Shown one piece after another: positions 37,343-48,313 of a stretch of 64,000 nt of DNA. Position numbers and translations under genes: made by a program. The stretch spans positions 101,095 through 165,094 of the forward strand of contig CAKSFM010000004.1 in assembly GCA_934454525.1 (NCBI GenBank), written 5' to 3'. The DNA is from an uncultured Clostridia bacterium. Its GTDB lineage: Bacteria > Bacillota > Clostridia > UMGS1883. The notes beneath the pieces are model-generated. The model searched no databases, was not told the DNA's origin, and worked only from the letters and a program-made list of their open reading frames with translations. Every line of letters starts with the position of its first letter. Within the stretch, counting starts at the first letter, position 1.

Positions 37343-39325
37343 TTAGTTTTCTTTTTCACCCGGGGCAGGTTTTATTTCGGATTGTTCAGTCAATGACTGT
37401 TCAGCCGATGACTGTTCAGCCGGCGGCTGTTCGGTCGATGATTGCTCGGTTGAGGACCGTTCGGTTGAGGACCGTTCGGTTGATAACCGTTCGGTCGGCG
37501 ACTGTTCGGGATTGTCGGATTTTAAGAAGCCGTTCTCGAAAACCTCCTCAAATTCCTTTCCGTCGAGCTTTTCATGTTCAATAAGAGCCTCTGCAATTGC
37601 GTCAAGCTTATCACGGTTATCGCGCAGAAGTTTTTCGCAGTCTGCATAGCATTTATCGATAATATGCTTGATCTCCTCATCAATAATCGATGCAACCGTT
37701 TCGCTGTAGTTACGTCCCTGCGACAAATCTCTGCCGAGGAAAACCTCATGATCGCCGTTCGTGAACGTTACATATCCGAGCTTTTCACTCATGCCATACT
37801 GCATAACCATCTTGCGCGCCGTGTCGGTTGCATGGTCAAGATCGCTTGACGCACCTGTATTAATATCGTCAAACACAATTTTTTCCGCAGCACGTCCGGC
37901 AAGAGCCATTATAATGCTTTCAAGCATTTCCGTCTTGGAAATATAGCTTTTGTCAGTATCCGGAAGGCTGAGTGTGAATCCGCCGGCACGTTCGCGCGGT
38001 ATGATGGAAACCTGATGCACAGCGTCCTGCGTGGGCAAAAGCCGCGCCGCAAGCGCATGACCTGCTTCATGATACGCCGTTTTACGCTTATTTTCTTTAT
38101 TGTGCTGCCTTGTTGCCTTTTCCGGACCCATAACAACCTTGAGCATTGCCTCGTCAATTTCGTCAGCCGTAATTGTTTTTTTGTTTCTGCGCGCAGCAAG
38201 GATTGCCGATTCGTTAAGCAGATTTTCCAAATCCGCACCCGTAAATCCGTATGTTGTCTTTGCAACAGTTTCAAGGGAAACGCTCGCATCAACCGGCTTA
38301 TTCTTCGAATGAACCTTAAGAATTGCCTCGCGCCCCTTTTGGTCGGGATAATTAACAACAACCTGCCTGTCGAATCTGCCGGGGCGAAGAAGCGCCGGGT
38401 CAAGAATATCGGGGCGGTTCGTTGCGGCAATCATGATAATTCCCTCATTTGTGCCGAAGCCGTCCATCTCAACAAGCAGCTGATTAAGCGTTTGTTCACG
38501 CTCATCGTGACCGCCGCCCAAACCGGCTCCGCGCTGGCGGCCGACCGCATCAATTTCGTCAATAAATATAATTGCCGGAAGATTTTTCCGCGCCTGCTCG
38601 AAAAGGTCGCGCACACGGCTTGCACCCACGCCGACAAACATTTCCACGAAGTCCGAACCGGATATTGAGAAAAACGGAACCCCCGCCTCTCCGGCAATTG
38701 CCTTTGCAAGCAGTGTTTTACCCGTTCCGGGAGGACCGACAAGCAGCACACCTTTCGGGATTCTTGCCCCAAGGTCAATGAATTTGCGCGGATTTTTCAG
38801 GAATTCAACAATTTCCTCAAGCTCCTTTTTTTCCTCATCAGCACCGGCAACATCGTCAAACGTTACTTTCTGCCGATTGTCGGCAGCTGCTTTTGCGCGG
38901 CTCTTTCCAAAGCTTCCGATGCCGTGACCGCCCGCCTGCTGCCGCATGAATGAAAACCAGAACAACCCTATTATGACTACCAGAAGCAGCGTCGGCAAAA
39001 GAGAAACCCACCATGAAACCGTTTCCGGCTCGGGAACGGTTGTTTTCAGCTTTCCGGATTTTATCTGACTTTGAATTTCATCACCGGCAACCGCAAAGAG
39101 AATCCCCTGCGTTACCTCAACCTTATACTCCTTGCCGCCGATTTCGGCAATGGTACATGTATCGCCGATTTCAAGCTTCGTCACTTTCTCTTTGTCAATC
39201 GCATTGACAAGCTCCGAAAAGGACTTAACACCCGTATCCGGCTGCCTGAGCGAAAACATCATCAGCAAAATGATAATAATCGGCAAAATTATATATAAAC
39301 TTATACTCCTGAATGATTTCTTCAA
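37343..39325 (-). CDS. ftsH: ATP-dependent zinc metalloprotease FtsH, with a repetitive acidic Ser/Thr-rich C-terminal tail
   Basis: Two TM segments, [25 protein letters not shown]; tail [41 protein letters not shown]. Confidence 0.95.
   Translation of the reverse strand: MKKSFRSISLYIILPIIIILLMMFSLRQPDTGVKSFSELVNAIDKEKVTKLEIGDTCTIAEIGGKEYKVEVTQGILFAVAGDEIQSQIKSGKLKTTVPEPETVSWWVSLLPTLLLVVIIGLFWFSFMRQQAGGHGIGSFGKSRAKAAADNRQKVTFDDVAGADEEKKELEEIVEFLKNPRKFIDLGARIPKGVLLVGPPGTGKTLLAKAIAGEAGVPFFSISGSDFVEMFVGVGASRVRDLFEQARKNLPAIIFIDEIDAVGRQRGAGLGGGHDEREQTLNQLLVEMDGFGTNEGIIMIAATNRPDILDPALLRPGRFDRQVVVNYPDQKGREAILKVHSKNKPVDASVSLETVAKTTYGFTGADLENLLNESAILAARRNKKTITADEIDEAMLKVVMGPEKATRQHNKENKRKTAYHEAGHALAARLLPTQDAVHQVSIIPRERAGGFTLSLPDTDKSYISKTEMLESIIMALAGRAAEKIVFDDINTGASSDLDHATDTARKMVMQYGMSEKLGYVTFTNGDHEVFLGRDLSQGRNYSETVASIIDEEIKHIIDKCYADCEKLLRDNRDKLDAIAEALIEHEKLDGKEFEEVFENGFLKSDNPEQSPTERLSTERSSTERSSTEQSSTEQPPAEQSSAEQSLTEQSEIKPAPGEKEN
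37380..37514 (-). repeat. About nine degenerate 15-nt tandem repeats encoding the pentapeptide-repeat tail of FtsH
   Basis: Plus-strand units: gactgttcagccgat, gactgttcagccggc, ggctgttcggtcgat, gattgctcggttgag, gaccgttcggttgag (twice), aaccgttcggtcggc, gactgttcgggattg. Confidence 0.8.
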
Positions 39326-39391
39326 AAGAACGCCTCCCCTACTATATATAGCATATCACGATTGGGAAATTGAATCAATCTTTTTTACACT

Positions 39392-39937
39392 TTATTCATA
39401 ATATTCGGGCTTCAGTACTCCTACAAAGGGATACTGCCTGTACTTATATGCGTAATCAAGCCCATACCCGATTACAAATTCATCGGGAATTTCAAAACCG
39501 GTGTATTTTGCTTCAATATCAACGATTCTTCTCGACGGCTTATCAAGGAATGTGCATATTTCAACACTTTTAGCACCCTGTTCAAAAAGATATTCTCTTA
39601 TGCGCGAAAGTGTGCGCCCCGTATCGATAATATCCTCAACTATTATTATATCCCTGCCCTTGGGGTCAAATCCTTTTCCGTTGCGGATTTCAACATCACC
39701 GCCGGAAACAGTTCCCTCACCATAGCTGCTGGCATAAATAAAGCTTATGCAAACGGGGATTTTAACCGCGCGCATCATATCCGCCGCGAACATGAACGAG
39801 CCGCTCAGAACCGAAAGCATCAGCGGTTCTCTTCCGGCATAATCTTCTCCGATTTGCTCTGCCATTTCGCTGATTCTTTTTTGAATTTGTTCTTCTGTTA
39901 TGAGAACTCTTTCAACGGGATCGTTAATATTTTTCAT
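39392..39937 (-). CDS. hpt: Hypoxanthine phosphoribosyltransferase
   Basis: IIIVEDIIDTGRTL PRPP-binding motif; position between ftsH and tilS. Confidence 0.95.
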   Translation of the reverse strand: MKNINDPVERVLITEEQIQKRISEMAEQIGEDYAGREPLMLSVLSGSFMFAADMMRAVKIPVCISFIYASSYGEGTVSGGDVEIRNGKGFDPKGRDIIIVEDIIDTGRTLSRIREYLFEQGAKSVEICTFLDKPSRRIVDIEAKYTGFEIPDEFVIGYGLDYAYKYRQYPFVGVLKPEYYE

Positions 39938-39943
39938 TCAATA

Positions 39944-41290
39944 TCATTCCTTTGCAGAATATTCCATAATAAGATACTTTTTCGTTTCACTGCCGGGTGC
40001 ATAAAGCTCCGATCTGCGCAGCCCGCACAGGAAAAGAATTTCTCCGTCTTTTTCCACAATCGGCGTTCTGCCGCGTTTATCCGCCGCCACGGCGGCATCC
40101 GATAAAATATCGCTTATTTTCTTTGAGCCGCCGAGTCCGAACGGGCGCATCCTGTCACCCTTGCGGCGGTATCTCACAATAAAGCTGCCGCCAACCTTGT
40201 CAAAATCGAAAACAGCTATATTATTATCTCCTTTTTTTACCGATTTGTCAACAACTTTTATTGCAATTTTCCAAAAATCATGCTCAAAAACATCTCCGGC
40301 GCAAAGCGGAACGTTCAGTTCCTCCGTTACAGCCGCTTTCATCGGCACAAGCTTGCCGCGTTCAACCCTAACATACTCCGTTTTGTCAATATCAAACCGT
40401 TTGCCGCCCTCCTTGGCTGCAAATTCAAGAAAAGATTCTATTTTTTCGGAAGTAATTTCACGTGCACCAAGGTTTTCCAGTATTTTTTTTGCTGCGCGCC
40501 GCCTTATCGGCTGCGGCGCGGAAAGCAGCATATTTATGTCGGCCTCTCCTCTGCTGCCGACGCACTTTTCAAGCATTGCTTCCGTACATTCTTCAAGATA
40601 GGTATTATCCTCCGATATGCACCGCGCCGCTGAAACTATTTTTTCCGGAGCTGAGGGATTTATCATCTCAAGCAGAGGCATGATTTCAAGCCTGATTCTG
40701 TTCCGCGTGTACAGCGCTTCAAAATTTGTGCTGTCCGTAACCCATTTTACGCTGTTTTTAACAAGATAATCCTCAATTTCGCTGCGGCTGCAATCAAGCA
40801 GCGGGCGGATGATATTTCCGCGGCGATGAGCAATTCCGCAAAGTCCGCTTGCGGCACTGCCGCGCACAAGGCGGAAAAGCACCGTTTCGGCATTGTCGTT
40901 AAGGTTATGCCCCGTTGCGATTTTAGCGCCGCCGAGCTTTTTCGAAAGCTCTTCAAAAAATTCATAGCGGAGAATTCTGCCGCATTCCTCAGTTCCGATT
41001 TTTCGTTCCGCAGCAATTTTCGGCACATCATATTCGCGGTAAAAGCACTCCGTGTCGGCTGCACGGCATATGCTTTTCACAAAGCTGCTGTCACGCTCTG
41101 CCTCTTCGCCGCGGATAAGATGGTTCACATTCGCAGCATAAACCCTGAGTCCGTATTCCTTTTTCAGTCTCAGCATTACATGCAGCAGGCAAATTGAATC
41201 CGCGCCGCCTGAAACCGCGCAGATAACGCTGTCGCCATGCTCCAGCAGTCCATGACTTTTTATTGTTTGTTTTACCTTATCGGTCAGCAA
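39944..41290 (-). CDS. tilS: tRNA(Ile)-lysidine synthetase
   Basis: PP-loop AVSGGADSICLLHV; HNLNDNAETVLFRL; C-terminal TilS domain. Confidence 0.9.
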   Translation of the reverse strand: MLTDKVKQTIKSHGLLEHGDSVICAVSGGADSICLLHVMLRLKKEYGLRVYAANVNHLIRGEEAERDSSFVKSICRAADTECFYREYDVPKIAAERKIGTEECGRILRYEFFEELSKKLGGAKIATGHNLNDNAETVLFRLVRGSAASGLCGIAHRRGNIIRPLLDCSRSEIEDYLVKNSVKWVTDSTNFEALYTRNRIRLEIMPLLEMINPSAPEKIVSAARCISEDNTYLEECTEAMLEKCVGSRGEADINMLLSAPQPIRRRAAKKILENLGAREITSEKIESFLEFAAKEGGKRFDIDKTEYVRVERGKLVPMKAAVTEELNVPLCAGDVFEHDFWKIAIKVVDKSVKKGDNNIAVFDFDKVGGSFIVRYRRKGDRMRPFGLGGSKKISDILSDAAVAADKRGRTPIVEKDGEILFLCGLRRSELYAPGSETKKYLIMEYSAKE

Positions 41291-41308
41291 GTGTTTTCAC
41301 CGTCCGTA

Positions 41309-42646
41309 TCAGCTTCTGCTGTCAAGATTCATAAATTTCGTATATTCTCCGCGCCATGCAAGCTCAATTGTGCAGCATTCACCGGCACGGTTTTTTGCAA
41401 GGATACACTCAACAATATTTCCGGCGCGCTCCTCGCTGCCCTCCTCCTCGGGCGGACGGCACAGCATTATAACAATATCCGCGTCCTGCTCGATTGAGCC
41501 GCTCTCGCGCAGGTCACTGAGCATCGGGCGGCGGTTTTGCTTTTCCGATGCACGGCTCAGCTGCGAAAGCGTGATAACAGGAATATTAAGCTCCTTTGCC
41601 ATGATTTTCAGCGAGCGGGACATTTCCGTTACCTCCTGAGTTCGGCTTTCACTTCTTCCTCCGCCCTGCATAAGCTGAAGATAATCGATGACCACAAGGC
41701 CGAGTCCCTTTTCCGCTTTCAGACGGCGGCATTTTGCCCTTATTTCCGACACATTTACGCCGGGATTATCGTCAATATATATCGGAGCCGATATAATATC
41801 CTTAAGTGAATGTGCAAGCTTTGTCATATCGTTTGCGTCAATATCGCCGACTCTCAGCTTGCCCGATTCAATCAGCGCCTCGCTTGACAGTATTCTGTTT
41901 ACAAGCTGCTCCTTGCTCATTTCAAGCGAGAATATCGCAACGGGAACATGCTCGCGGATTGCGGCATTCTGCGCAAGATTCAGCGCAAAGCTTGTTTTCC
42001 CGACGCCGGGGCGCGCTGCAAGAATAATCAGGTCACTGTTTTGAAGACCTGCCGTTGCTGCATCAAAGCCTGTAAATCCGGTTTTTATACCCGTGACCTT
42101 ACCGCCGCGCTTTTTAAGCTCGTCCAGGATTGCAAGGGCATTTTTTACGACCTCGCTTATATGTGTGAATCCTGAAAAACCGCGCTGCTCCGAGATGCGG
42201 AACACAAGCTGTTCGCTTTTGTCAACAATGTCGGCAGTCGGCAGCTCGTCCTTCGTACCCATATCGATAATTTCGCTTGCCGCTTCAATGAGCTGACGCA
42301 GCATTTTTTTATCGCGGACAATTTCAATATAAGACGCAAGGTTTTCCTTTGTGAACGCATTTTGTGCGATGCGCGTTATGTAGGCGATGCCGCCCACAGA
42401 TTCGATTTTATCACCAAGCTTTTCCGAAAGCGTAACAATATCAATCGGTGTACCTTCGGAAAAAAGGCTGCTGAGTGCGTTAAATATCGTTTTATTCGCC
42501 GATGCATAAAAGCAATCCTCGTCAAGCTTTTCCATAACTGTGACAGTGGCGCTTTCGTCCATAATCATGTTGCCGAGGATTGCAGCCTCAGCCTCCAGAT
42601 TATAGGGCATTGTTCTTCCTATAGGAATATCGGCAGCCGAAGCCAT
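41309..42646 (-). CDS. dnaB: Replicative DNA helicase (DnaB family)
   Basis: PYNLEAEAAILG, Walker A ARPGVGKTSFALN, VIDYLQLM, LSQLSR, IEQDAD. Confidence 0.95.
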   Translation of the reverse strand: MASAADIPIGRTMPYNLEAEAAILGNMIMDESATVTVMEKLDEDCFYASANKTIFNALSSLFSEGTPIDIVTLSEKLGDKIESVGGIAYITRIAQNAFTKENLASYIEIVRDKKMLRQLIEAASEIIDMGTKDELPTADIVDKSEQLVFRISEQRGFSGFTHISEVVKNALAILDELKKRGGKVTGIKTGFTGFDAATAGLQNSDLIILAARPGVGKTSFALNLAQNAAIREHVPVAIFSLEMSKEQLVNRILSSEALIESGKLRVGDIDANDMTKLAHSLKDIISAPIYIDDNPGVNVSEIRAKCRRLKAEKGLGLVVIDYLQLMQGGGRSESRTQEVTEMSRSLKIMAKELNIPVITLSQLSRASEKQNRRPMLSDLRESGSIEQDADIVIMLCRPPEEEGSEERAGNIVECILAKNRAGECCTIELAWRGEYTKFMNLDSRS

Positions 42647-42669
42647 CGTTAATCACTCCATTCAGACCC

Positions 42670-43116
42670 TTATTCCGCTTCAACCGAAACAGTGATTTTT
42701 GCGGATATTTCGGGATATATTTTAAGCTCAACCGTTGTAAGACCGGTCGTTTTAATACCGTCCGGCAGAACAACCTTGCGCTTATCAATCACATAATGCA
42801 GCTGGTATTTAACCGCGTCGGCAACGTTTTGGTTTGTGATTTTGCCGAACAGCTTTCCGTTTTCGCCCGCTTTGCCCTTAAGCGTGATTTTCGCGCCGTC
42901 AAGCTTTGCGGCGGCTTCCTTTGCAGCTGCTATATCCTGCTGCTTATGAAACGCAGCAGCCTCATTTTTACCCTTGATATTATTCAAAACATCGCTTGTT
43001 GCAATCTCAGCCATTTTTTTCGGAAGAAGAAAATTTCTTGCATAGCCGTCGCTTGCTTCAACAATGTCTCCCTTTTTTCCGTGACCCTTTACATCAGTTA
43101 AAAGAACTACTTTCAT
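42670..43116 (-). CDS. rplI: 50S ribosomal protein L9
   Basis: [33 protein letters not shown]. Confidence 0.95.
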   Translation of the reverse strand: MKVVLLTDVKGHGKKGDIVEASDGYARNFLLPKKMAEIATSDVLNNIKGKNEAAAFHKQQDIAAAKEAAAKLDGAKITLKGKAGENGKLFGKITNQNVADAVKYQLHYVIDKRKVVLPDGIKTTGLTTVELKIYPEISAKITVSVEAE

Positions 43117-43131
43117 TTATATTTACCCCTT

Positions 43132-45111
43132 TCAGTTTTTCAAACATTCGTCAATTGCTGCCTTAAGCTTATCGCCTGCATCGGCAACGGAAATTCCCTC
43201 AAGCTGCGCACCGGCAACCATCATGTGACCGCCGCCGCCGAGTTTTTCCAGAATCACCTGCACATTAACATCTCCGAGTGAACGGCCGCTTATTATTATA
43301 CTGCCGTTTTCCACCCTTGCAACAACAAAGGCAGCCTTAATATCGGTGATTTCAAGCATTTCATCGGCAGCAGCCGCAACGGTGAGATGCGGCACAACTC
43401 CCGAAAACAAAGATATTGCAATATTATCCCCGTATACCTGCGCTTCCGTCACGATACACGCCTTGAGCTTGTAATTTTCAATCGATTCGCGGAACAGCCG
43501 CTTTACTCTCAGCGTGTCAACTCCGGCATTTCTGAGATATGCCGCCGCTTCAAACGTGCGCACACCCGTTTTGAACATGAAGTTCTTGGTGTCCATGGCA
43601 ATGCCGGAATAAAGAGCCTCCGCGTCCACTGTGGAAACGGAATACCGCGGATCGAAATACTGCATAAGCTCTGCCACCATTTCACAGGTTGACGAGGCAA
43701 ACGGTTCATGATAAATAAGGTCGGCGTCCGAAATAAAGCTTTCGCTCCGCCGATGATGGTCGATAACAACCTTTGCCTTAACCGTTTCGAGAAGCTCGGG
43801 CATCTCTGTATATTCGGGGCGATGTGTGTCACAGATAATAAGCAGCGTTTTCGGCATTATAAACTCCCGCAACCCTATTTTTCCGATAAACAAGCCGTCA
43901 TGATAATGATTATCCTCTATTTTTTTCAGCAGAAGATTCACCGTGTCGTCCTTTGTGAGCAGAAGAATCTTCGCGTCTTTTCCGATAAATGCAGCCATGC
44001 TTGCAATGCCGATTGCCGCACCCACAACGTCCGTGTCGCTGTTTTTATGCCCCATTATAAGCACATTGTCCGCGCTTGCCATAAGCTCGCGCAGATTATG
44101 CGACATCATGCGCGCTTTAACCTTTGTGCGTTTCTCCGTTTCCTTTGAATTTCCGCCGAAATAGCGGAAGCGCCCGTTTTCACGGATAACAGCCTGGTCG
44201 CCGCCGCGCCCGAGCGCCATTTCAAGCGCCTTTTTTGCTGAAATATCATTATCATAAAGACTTTCGCCGCCCGTTCCGATACCGATGCTCAGCGTGAGCG
44301 GGGTTTTCATATCGGGGTCGGCTTCCTTAATATCAGTCAGCAGGCTGAATTTGTTTTCAATGAACTCGTCAAGCTGCTTTTTTGTAAACACGCATAAAAA
44401 CTTGTCCTTTTCAAGCTTTTTAACAAGTCCGCCGCAATCCTGCGCCCATCCGATAACATTCTTGTCAAGCAGGGTGATAATATCAATCCGCTGCTCATCG
44501 TTAACATTCTCAAGCGCCTCGTCATAGTTGTCAACATTGATTTCCGCAACAACATTTCTTTCATTTTCAAGCGCAGTGCGCGCCCGTATAAGCTCCGTCA
44601 CCTTTTCCATGTAAATCATAATTGCCGCATGATCGGGATCGGTTTTTCGCTTCACAACCGCCGTTATACTGTAGGTTTCACTGCCGACTGCGGCAATAAT
44701 CGGTTTCTTTCCGCCCTCATCATATATCTCGCGTATCTTTATTTCCGGCACAAGCTCACAGATTTTCTTTCCGCCGATTGCCGGAAACAGCTCTTTAAAG
44801 GAAGAATTGTACCATGCAACCGTTCCGTCAACGCGCAGACCGGCAATCGGATTCAGCGTTTTAAAAAGCGCCTCGTTATTTTCAACCTTATCGCCGCCCG
44901 GCACGTTCGCAAGGTATTCCTTCATTTTCTTTTTGCGCGAAATTGTCCACATCATTTTTTCCGCAATTATCCCGACGGCGCACACAAGCAGAATACTGCC
45001 GATCAGTACGCTGTGCGTCATAACGAGCGCCGCGCACACGATTACACCCGATGCCAGAAGCACCGTCATTCCGTTCTGAACCGGATTGAATTTACTGCCC
45101 TTCTCTTTCAT
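43132..45111 (-). CDS. gdpP: GdpP/YybT-type DHH/DHHA1 phosphodiesterase (c-di-AMP phosphodiesterase architecture)
   Basis: Two N-terminal TM segments, PAS-like and degenerate GGDEF regions, DHH region (HKNSDTDVVGA, IDHHRR), DHHA1 GGGGHMMVAGAQ; conserved position upstream of rplI. Confidence 0.85.
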   Translation of the reverse strand: MKEKGSKFNPVQNGMTVLLASGVIVCAALVMTHSVLIGSILLVCAVGIIAEKMMWTISRKKKMKEYLANVPGGDKVENNEALFKTLNPIAGLRVDGTVAWYNSSFKELFPAIGGKKICELVPEIKIREIYDEGGKKPIIAAVGSETYSITAVVKRKTDPDHAAIMIYMEKVTELIRARTALENERNVVAEINVDNYDEALENVNDEQRIDIITLLDKNVIGWAQDCGGLVKKLEKDKFLCVFTKKQLDEFIENKFSLLTDIKEADPDMKTPLTLSIGIGTGGESLYDNDISAKKALEMALGRGGDQAVIRENGRFRYFGGNSKETEKRTKVKARMMSHNLRELMASADNVLIMGHKNSDTDVVGAAIGIASMAAFIGKDAKILLLTKDDTVNLLLKKIEDNHYHDGLFIGKIGLREFIMPKTLLIICDTHRPEYTEMPELLETVKAKVVIDHHRRSESFISDADLIYHEPFASSTCEMVAELMQYFDPRYSVSTVDAEALYSGIAMDTKNFMFKTGVRTFEAAAYLRNAGVDTLRVKRLFRESIENYKLKACIVTEAQVYGDNIAISLFSGVVPHLTVAAAADEMLEITDIKAAFVVARVENGSIIISGRSLGDVNVQVILEKLGGGGHMMVAGAQLEGISVADAGDKLKAAIDECLKN

Positions 45112-46108
45112 TTAAGGCACTCTCCTCTTCCGAAGCGGCATCTTCGCCGTGCAAATTATCGGGAAGTCTGCGCAGATTCACAAATGCTCCGACAGCGCCG
45201 CAAAGTATATAAACCGTGAATATGTTTACATACAGCGTCACACCGCTGAGCGCGGCAGACAGAATATATACGATAAAGTGAATTATCACGCGCAGAACCG
45301 TTGATTGAATAACTCTGCGCATATAATAGTCCGCGATTGACATTCCGCCGAAAAAGCACACCGCCGAAAAAATCATTGCAACGTTGACCGCAGCATATGT
45401 CACAGTTGAGTTATCCGAAAGCGCCGCCGCACCGAGCGCCGCCGCAAGCAGAATCACCACCGTTTTCGGCACTCTTATCATTGCAAACGAGTGCGGCACA
45501 CGCATCGGCGTTTTTCTGAGCGGAGCGCACACAAACCACATTACCATATATCCGATAACCATTGACGATATAATCAGCACCGACGGAATTATCATCACCG
45601 TAAATTTCGCAACAATGCTTATAAGCGCGTCAACCGATTCCGTGCCTGTTCCGACCTGTGCGCAAAGTGCGTGAAGCTGGCTTTTCATAAGCTCAAGCGG
45701 CTGCTTCGTAAGGAAATCCGCAATGCTTACACCGGCTTTTTTCGCAGAAAAATACAAGTCGGCGCAACTCGGCAAAAGATATGCCGCTGCCGCAAGCCTC
45801 ATTCCGGTATAAAAGCTGCTTTTTTTCCGCACGGCATAAGTACACGCCGCCGCGCACAAAACTGCCTGCAATCCGATATAAAATCCCTGGAGCTGACCGG
45901 CAGCTCCGAAAAAACCGCACAGTACCATAGACAGGCACACAGTACACAGCGATGACGCAACAGCCGTCATCGGGCCGCACACCAAATATGACATTGCAAT
46001 GTTATATGCACACAGCACCATCGCCGGGGTTGAAAGCCCAAAAAGAACCGGAATCAGCGAAAATGCCGTTCTCATCACAATGCCGAAATTAACTCTTTCT
46101 TCGTTCAT
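45092..46108 (-). CDS. YybS-like (DUF2232) polytopic membrane protein
   Basis: Multi-TM 338-aa protein in the conserved yybS-gdpP-rplI-dnaB arrangement. Confidence 0.65.
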   Translation of the reverse strand: MNEERVNFGIVMRTAFSLIPVLFGLSTPAMVLCAYNIAMSYLVCGPMTAVASSLCTVCLSMVLCGFFGAAGQLQGFYIGLQAVLCAAACTYAVRKKSSFYTGMRLAAAAYLLPSCADLYFSAKKAGVSIADFLTKQPLELMKSQLHALCAQVGTGTESVDALISIVAKFTVMIIPSVLIISSMVIGYMVMWFVCAPLRKTPMRVPHSFAMIRVPKTVVILLAAALGAAALSDNSTVTYAAVNVAMIFSAVCFFGGMSIADYYMRRVIQSTVLRVIIHFIVYILSAALSGVTLYVNIFTVYILCGAVGAFVNLRRLPDNLHGEDAASEEESALNEREGQ

Positions 46109-47757
46109 TACTCTTCCACATACCTCTTTATCTTATTGCCGGATGTTTTCTTAAACGGCTCTTTCCTTATTTTAAAATCAACAATCCGTTTGTAACTCTG
46201 CATTGACGAATTTACCTTATCAACCTCGGATGCGATCAGCTCCGCAAGCCTTTCATCATCATCGGCAGCTTCGGCGCAGGAGTCCGCGTCCGGCACAATC
46301 TGCGCAATAATGCGGACATCTTCGTCCTTTGTGTCAAACACTCCGCTGACAATGCACTCCGCGATATACTGACTTCGGCACAGATAGGTCTCAATTTCCT
46401 CCGGATAAACGTTTTTCCCGTTTTTATTTATGATAACGTTCTTTTTTCTTCCTGTTATATACAAATACCCGTCGCGGTCAATATATCCCATATCGCCGGT
46501 TGAAAGCCATCCGTCATGAATTGCTTCAAGCGTTGCGGCTTCATTTTCATAGTAGCCGTTTGTAACATTTTCACCGCGGACAAGTATTTCTCCATGCTCT
46601 CCGTCCGTTCCGGTGTCAATTTTCACTTCAACACCATCGAGAGCAAATCCAACGCTGCGCGGTCTTATATGCGCAAAATGCGTCAGCGATATAATCGGCG
46701 AACATTCCGTCATTCCGTACCCCTGCTGCATTTTGATGCCGATATCACAGAAGAATCTGACAATTTCGGGGTCAATCGGCGCGGCACCCGAGATGAACAG
46801 GCGCATTTTTCCGAAAGGCTCTTTAATCTGCGCAAACAGCTTTTCGCACAAATTTATTCCGAACAGTGCCGCAATGCGTTTCAGCGCCAGTGCAGCACGA
46901 AGTTTTTTCTGCTGCCCGCTTTTGGCAGCTGTGCGCCAAATCCTTTTATACATGCTTTCGAATATAAGCGGCACACCGAGCATCACGGTTGCCCCCGTTT
47001 TGCGCATATCACGCATAATGCGGTGCAAACCGCTGCAAAAAGCTATTTCCGCGCCGATATATATCGGACCGAGAAAGCCGCAGGTACATTCATACACATG
47101 AAACGGCGGCAGCACGGATAGAAACACATCGTTTTCATCCGCCTGCACAAATTTTGTCATCGCCGTGATATTCGAGCAAATATTTTTGTGCGTGAGCAAA
47201 ACGCCCTTCGCCTCACCCGTTGTTCCCGATGTGAAAATGAGCGATGCCGCGTCCTCAGGCTGCGGAACATATCCCGGTGCGCGAATCTCTTTTCTGCCCT
47301 GCTCAATAAGCAGCTTCAAATCATTTTCAATGCAGAAAAGCTGCGTTTCACAATCCGCCGAGCCTATAATTTCCGTAAGCTCCGCCATGCGTTTTTTTCC
47401 GCAGAAAACGGCGCTGACCTCCGCGCGGTGCAAAAGATTGATAAGCTCCTCCGCAGGCAGCTCACTGTCAAGCGGAACAATAACCGTGCCGCCGCACACT
47501 GCCGCCGAATATACAAGCGCCCATCCGTAGCCGTGCTCGCCGAGCAGCGCTATCTTTTTCCGCGCAAGTCCCATTTGTTCAATGGCGGATTCCAATGCTT
47601 CCCTGTCGCTGAGGTATTGCGAATATGTTATTTTTTCAAATTTACCGTTCACCTTTTCGGCAAATGCCGTGCGTGAGCCGAAACGATTGCAGCTGTAATC
47701 AATCATTTCGCGGAGATTGCTTACATCACGCCGTTCTATAAGTTCAAGCTTTTTCAC
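46108..47757 (-). CDS. AMP-forming acyl-CoA ligase (long-chain-fatty-acid--CoA ligase-like)
   Basis: IFTSGTTGEAKGV, GYGMTE, TGDMGYIDRDGYLYITGRKK; the stop overlaps the yybS-like start (TAATG); start placed at GTG 47757 after GAAGGAAGTGG. Confidence 0.85.
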   Translation of the reverse strand: MKKLELIERRDVSNLREMIDYSCNRFGSRTAFAEKVNGKFEKITYSQYLSDREALESAIEQMGLARKKIALLGEHGYGWALVYSAAVCGGTVIVPLDSELPAEELINLLHRAEVSAVFCGKKRMAELTEIIGSADCETQLFCIENDLKLLIEQGRKEIRAPGYVPQPEDAASLIFTSGTTGEAKGVLLTHKNICSNITAMTKFVQADENDVFLSVLPPFHVYECTCGFLGPIYIGAEIAFCSGLHRIMRDMRKTGATVMLGVPLIFESMYKRIWRTAAKSGQQKKLRAALALKRIAALFGINLCEKLFAQIKEPFGKMRLFISGAAPIDPEIVRFFCDIGIKMQQGYGMTECSPIISLTHFAHIRPRSVGFALDGVEVKIDTGTDGEHGEILVRGENVTNGYYENEAATLEAIHDGWLSTGDMGYIDRDGYLYITGRKKNVIINKNGKNVYPEEIETYLCRSQYIAECIVSGVFDTKDEDVRIIAQIVPDADSCAEAADDDERLAELIASEVDKVNSSMQSYKRIVDFKIRKEPFKKTSGNKIKRYVEE

Positions 47758-47803
47758 GCTTTTTCCACTTCCTTCTATGCCAAGCACTACAAAGGTATTT
47801 TAT

Positions 47804-47832
47804 AGTATAGCACAGACTGCCTTAAATGTAAA
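47804..47832 (-). promoter_or_regulatory. Putative sigma-A promoter for the acyl-CoA ligase gene
   Basis: Minus strand: TTTACA, 17 nt, TATACT, directly downstream of the 47843-47879 terminator. Confidence 0.45.
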
Positions 47833-47842
47833 GTTTTTTGCG

Positions 47843-47879
47843 CAAAAAAACAAAGGGGCTGCAGCAAAAGCCACAACCC
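47843..47879 (-). terminator. Strand-specific Rho-independent terminator closing the long non-coding region
   Basis: Minus strand: GGGUUGUGGC-UUUU-GCUGCAGCCC (three G-U pairs; the same positions are A-C mismatches on the plus strand) followed by CUUUGUUUUUUU. Confidence 0.65.
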
Positions 47880-47980
47880 GATAAGGAAGTATTGGTTTTG
47901 AAAGCCGTTCTTTAAGTTTATACTTCGTAAACAGGCGGTCGTATACGTCAGCCTTGCAAATCCCGAAAGAACGGCTGAGC

Positions 47981-48313
47981 GGAAATTTAACAAGCATTGG
48001 GCGCATGTGTTCGGGTTCCTTATGCCTTTTCGATGGCGTACATCACTCAGGACTCCCGAAAACCAAAGGTTTTTGGGAAAAGGAGAAACAGCGTAATGAA
48101 TGAGCAGTAAATTTTAATTTGCTGCGAATGATACAACGCTTGTTTCGACGCCAGAGCGGCGAAGTTTGTTGATAGCAAGAAAAGGGGCATTCTTTGAAAA
48201 ATCAAATTTTTGATTTTTCTACTTTAATGCATCAAAACCGCAACAATTATATTTCATGTAAATATATGCTTTTTCTCCTTTTCTTGCGTTCCGAGGCTTT
48301 TTAACATCTCCTT
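47981..48313. repeat. Structured intergenic element, copy B (colinear with copy A but with an internal insertion of about 100 nt)
   Basis: Blocks 48158-48184, 48189-48218 and 48267-48311 match copy A. The 13-bp helix 48175-87/48275-87 shows a compensatory change. 48031-48043 cgatggcgtacat matches 25685-25697 in 12 of 13 positions. Confidence 0.7.

Noticed and set aside
37380-37514. 15-nt tandem repeats considered as a CRISPR-like or minisatellite array
   Set aside because: There are no spacers. The repeats are in frame inside ftsH and encode a pentapeptide repeat.
47787-48006. Two overlapping 68-aa minus-strand ORFs in the long intergenic gap
   Set aside because: They have no RBS. They run through a predicted terminator and promoter. 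Both are open in different frames over the same DNA, and their composition is atypical. The region is better explained as non-coding and structured.
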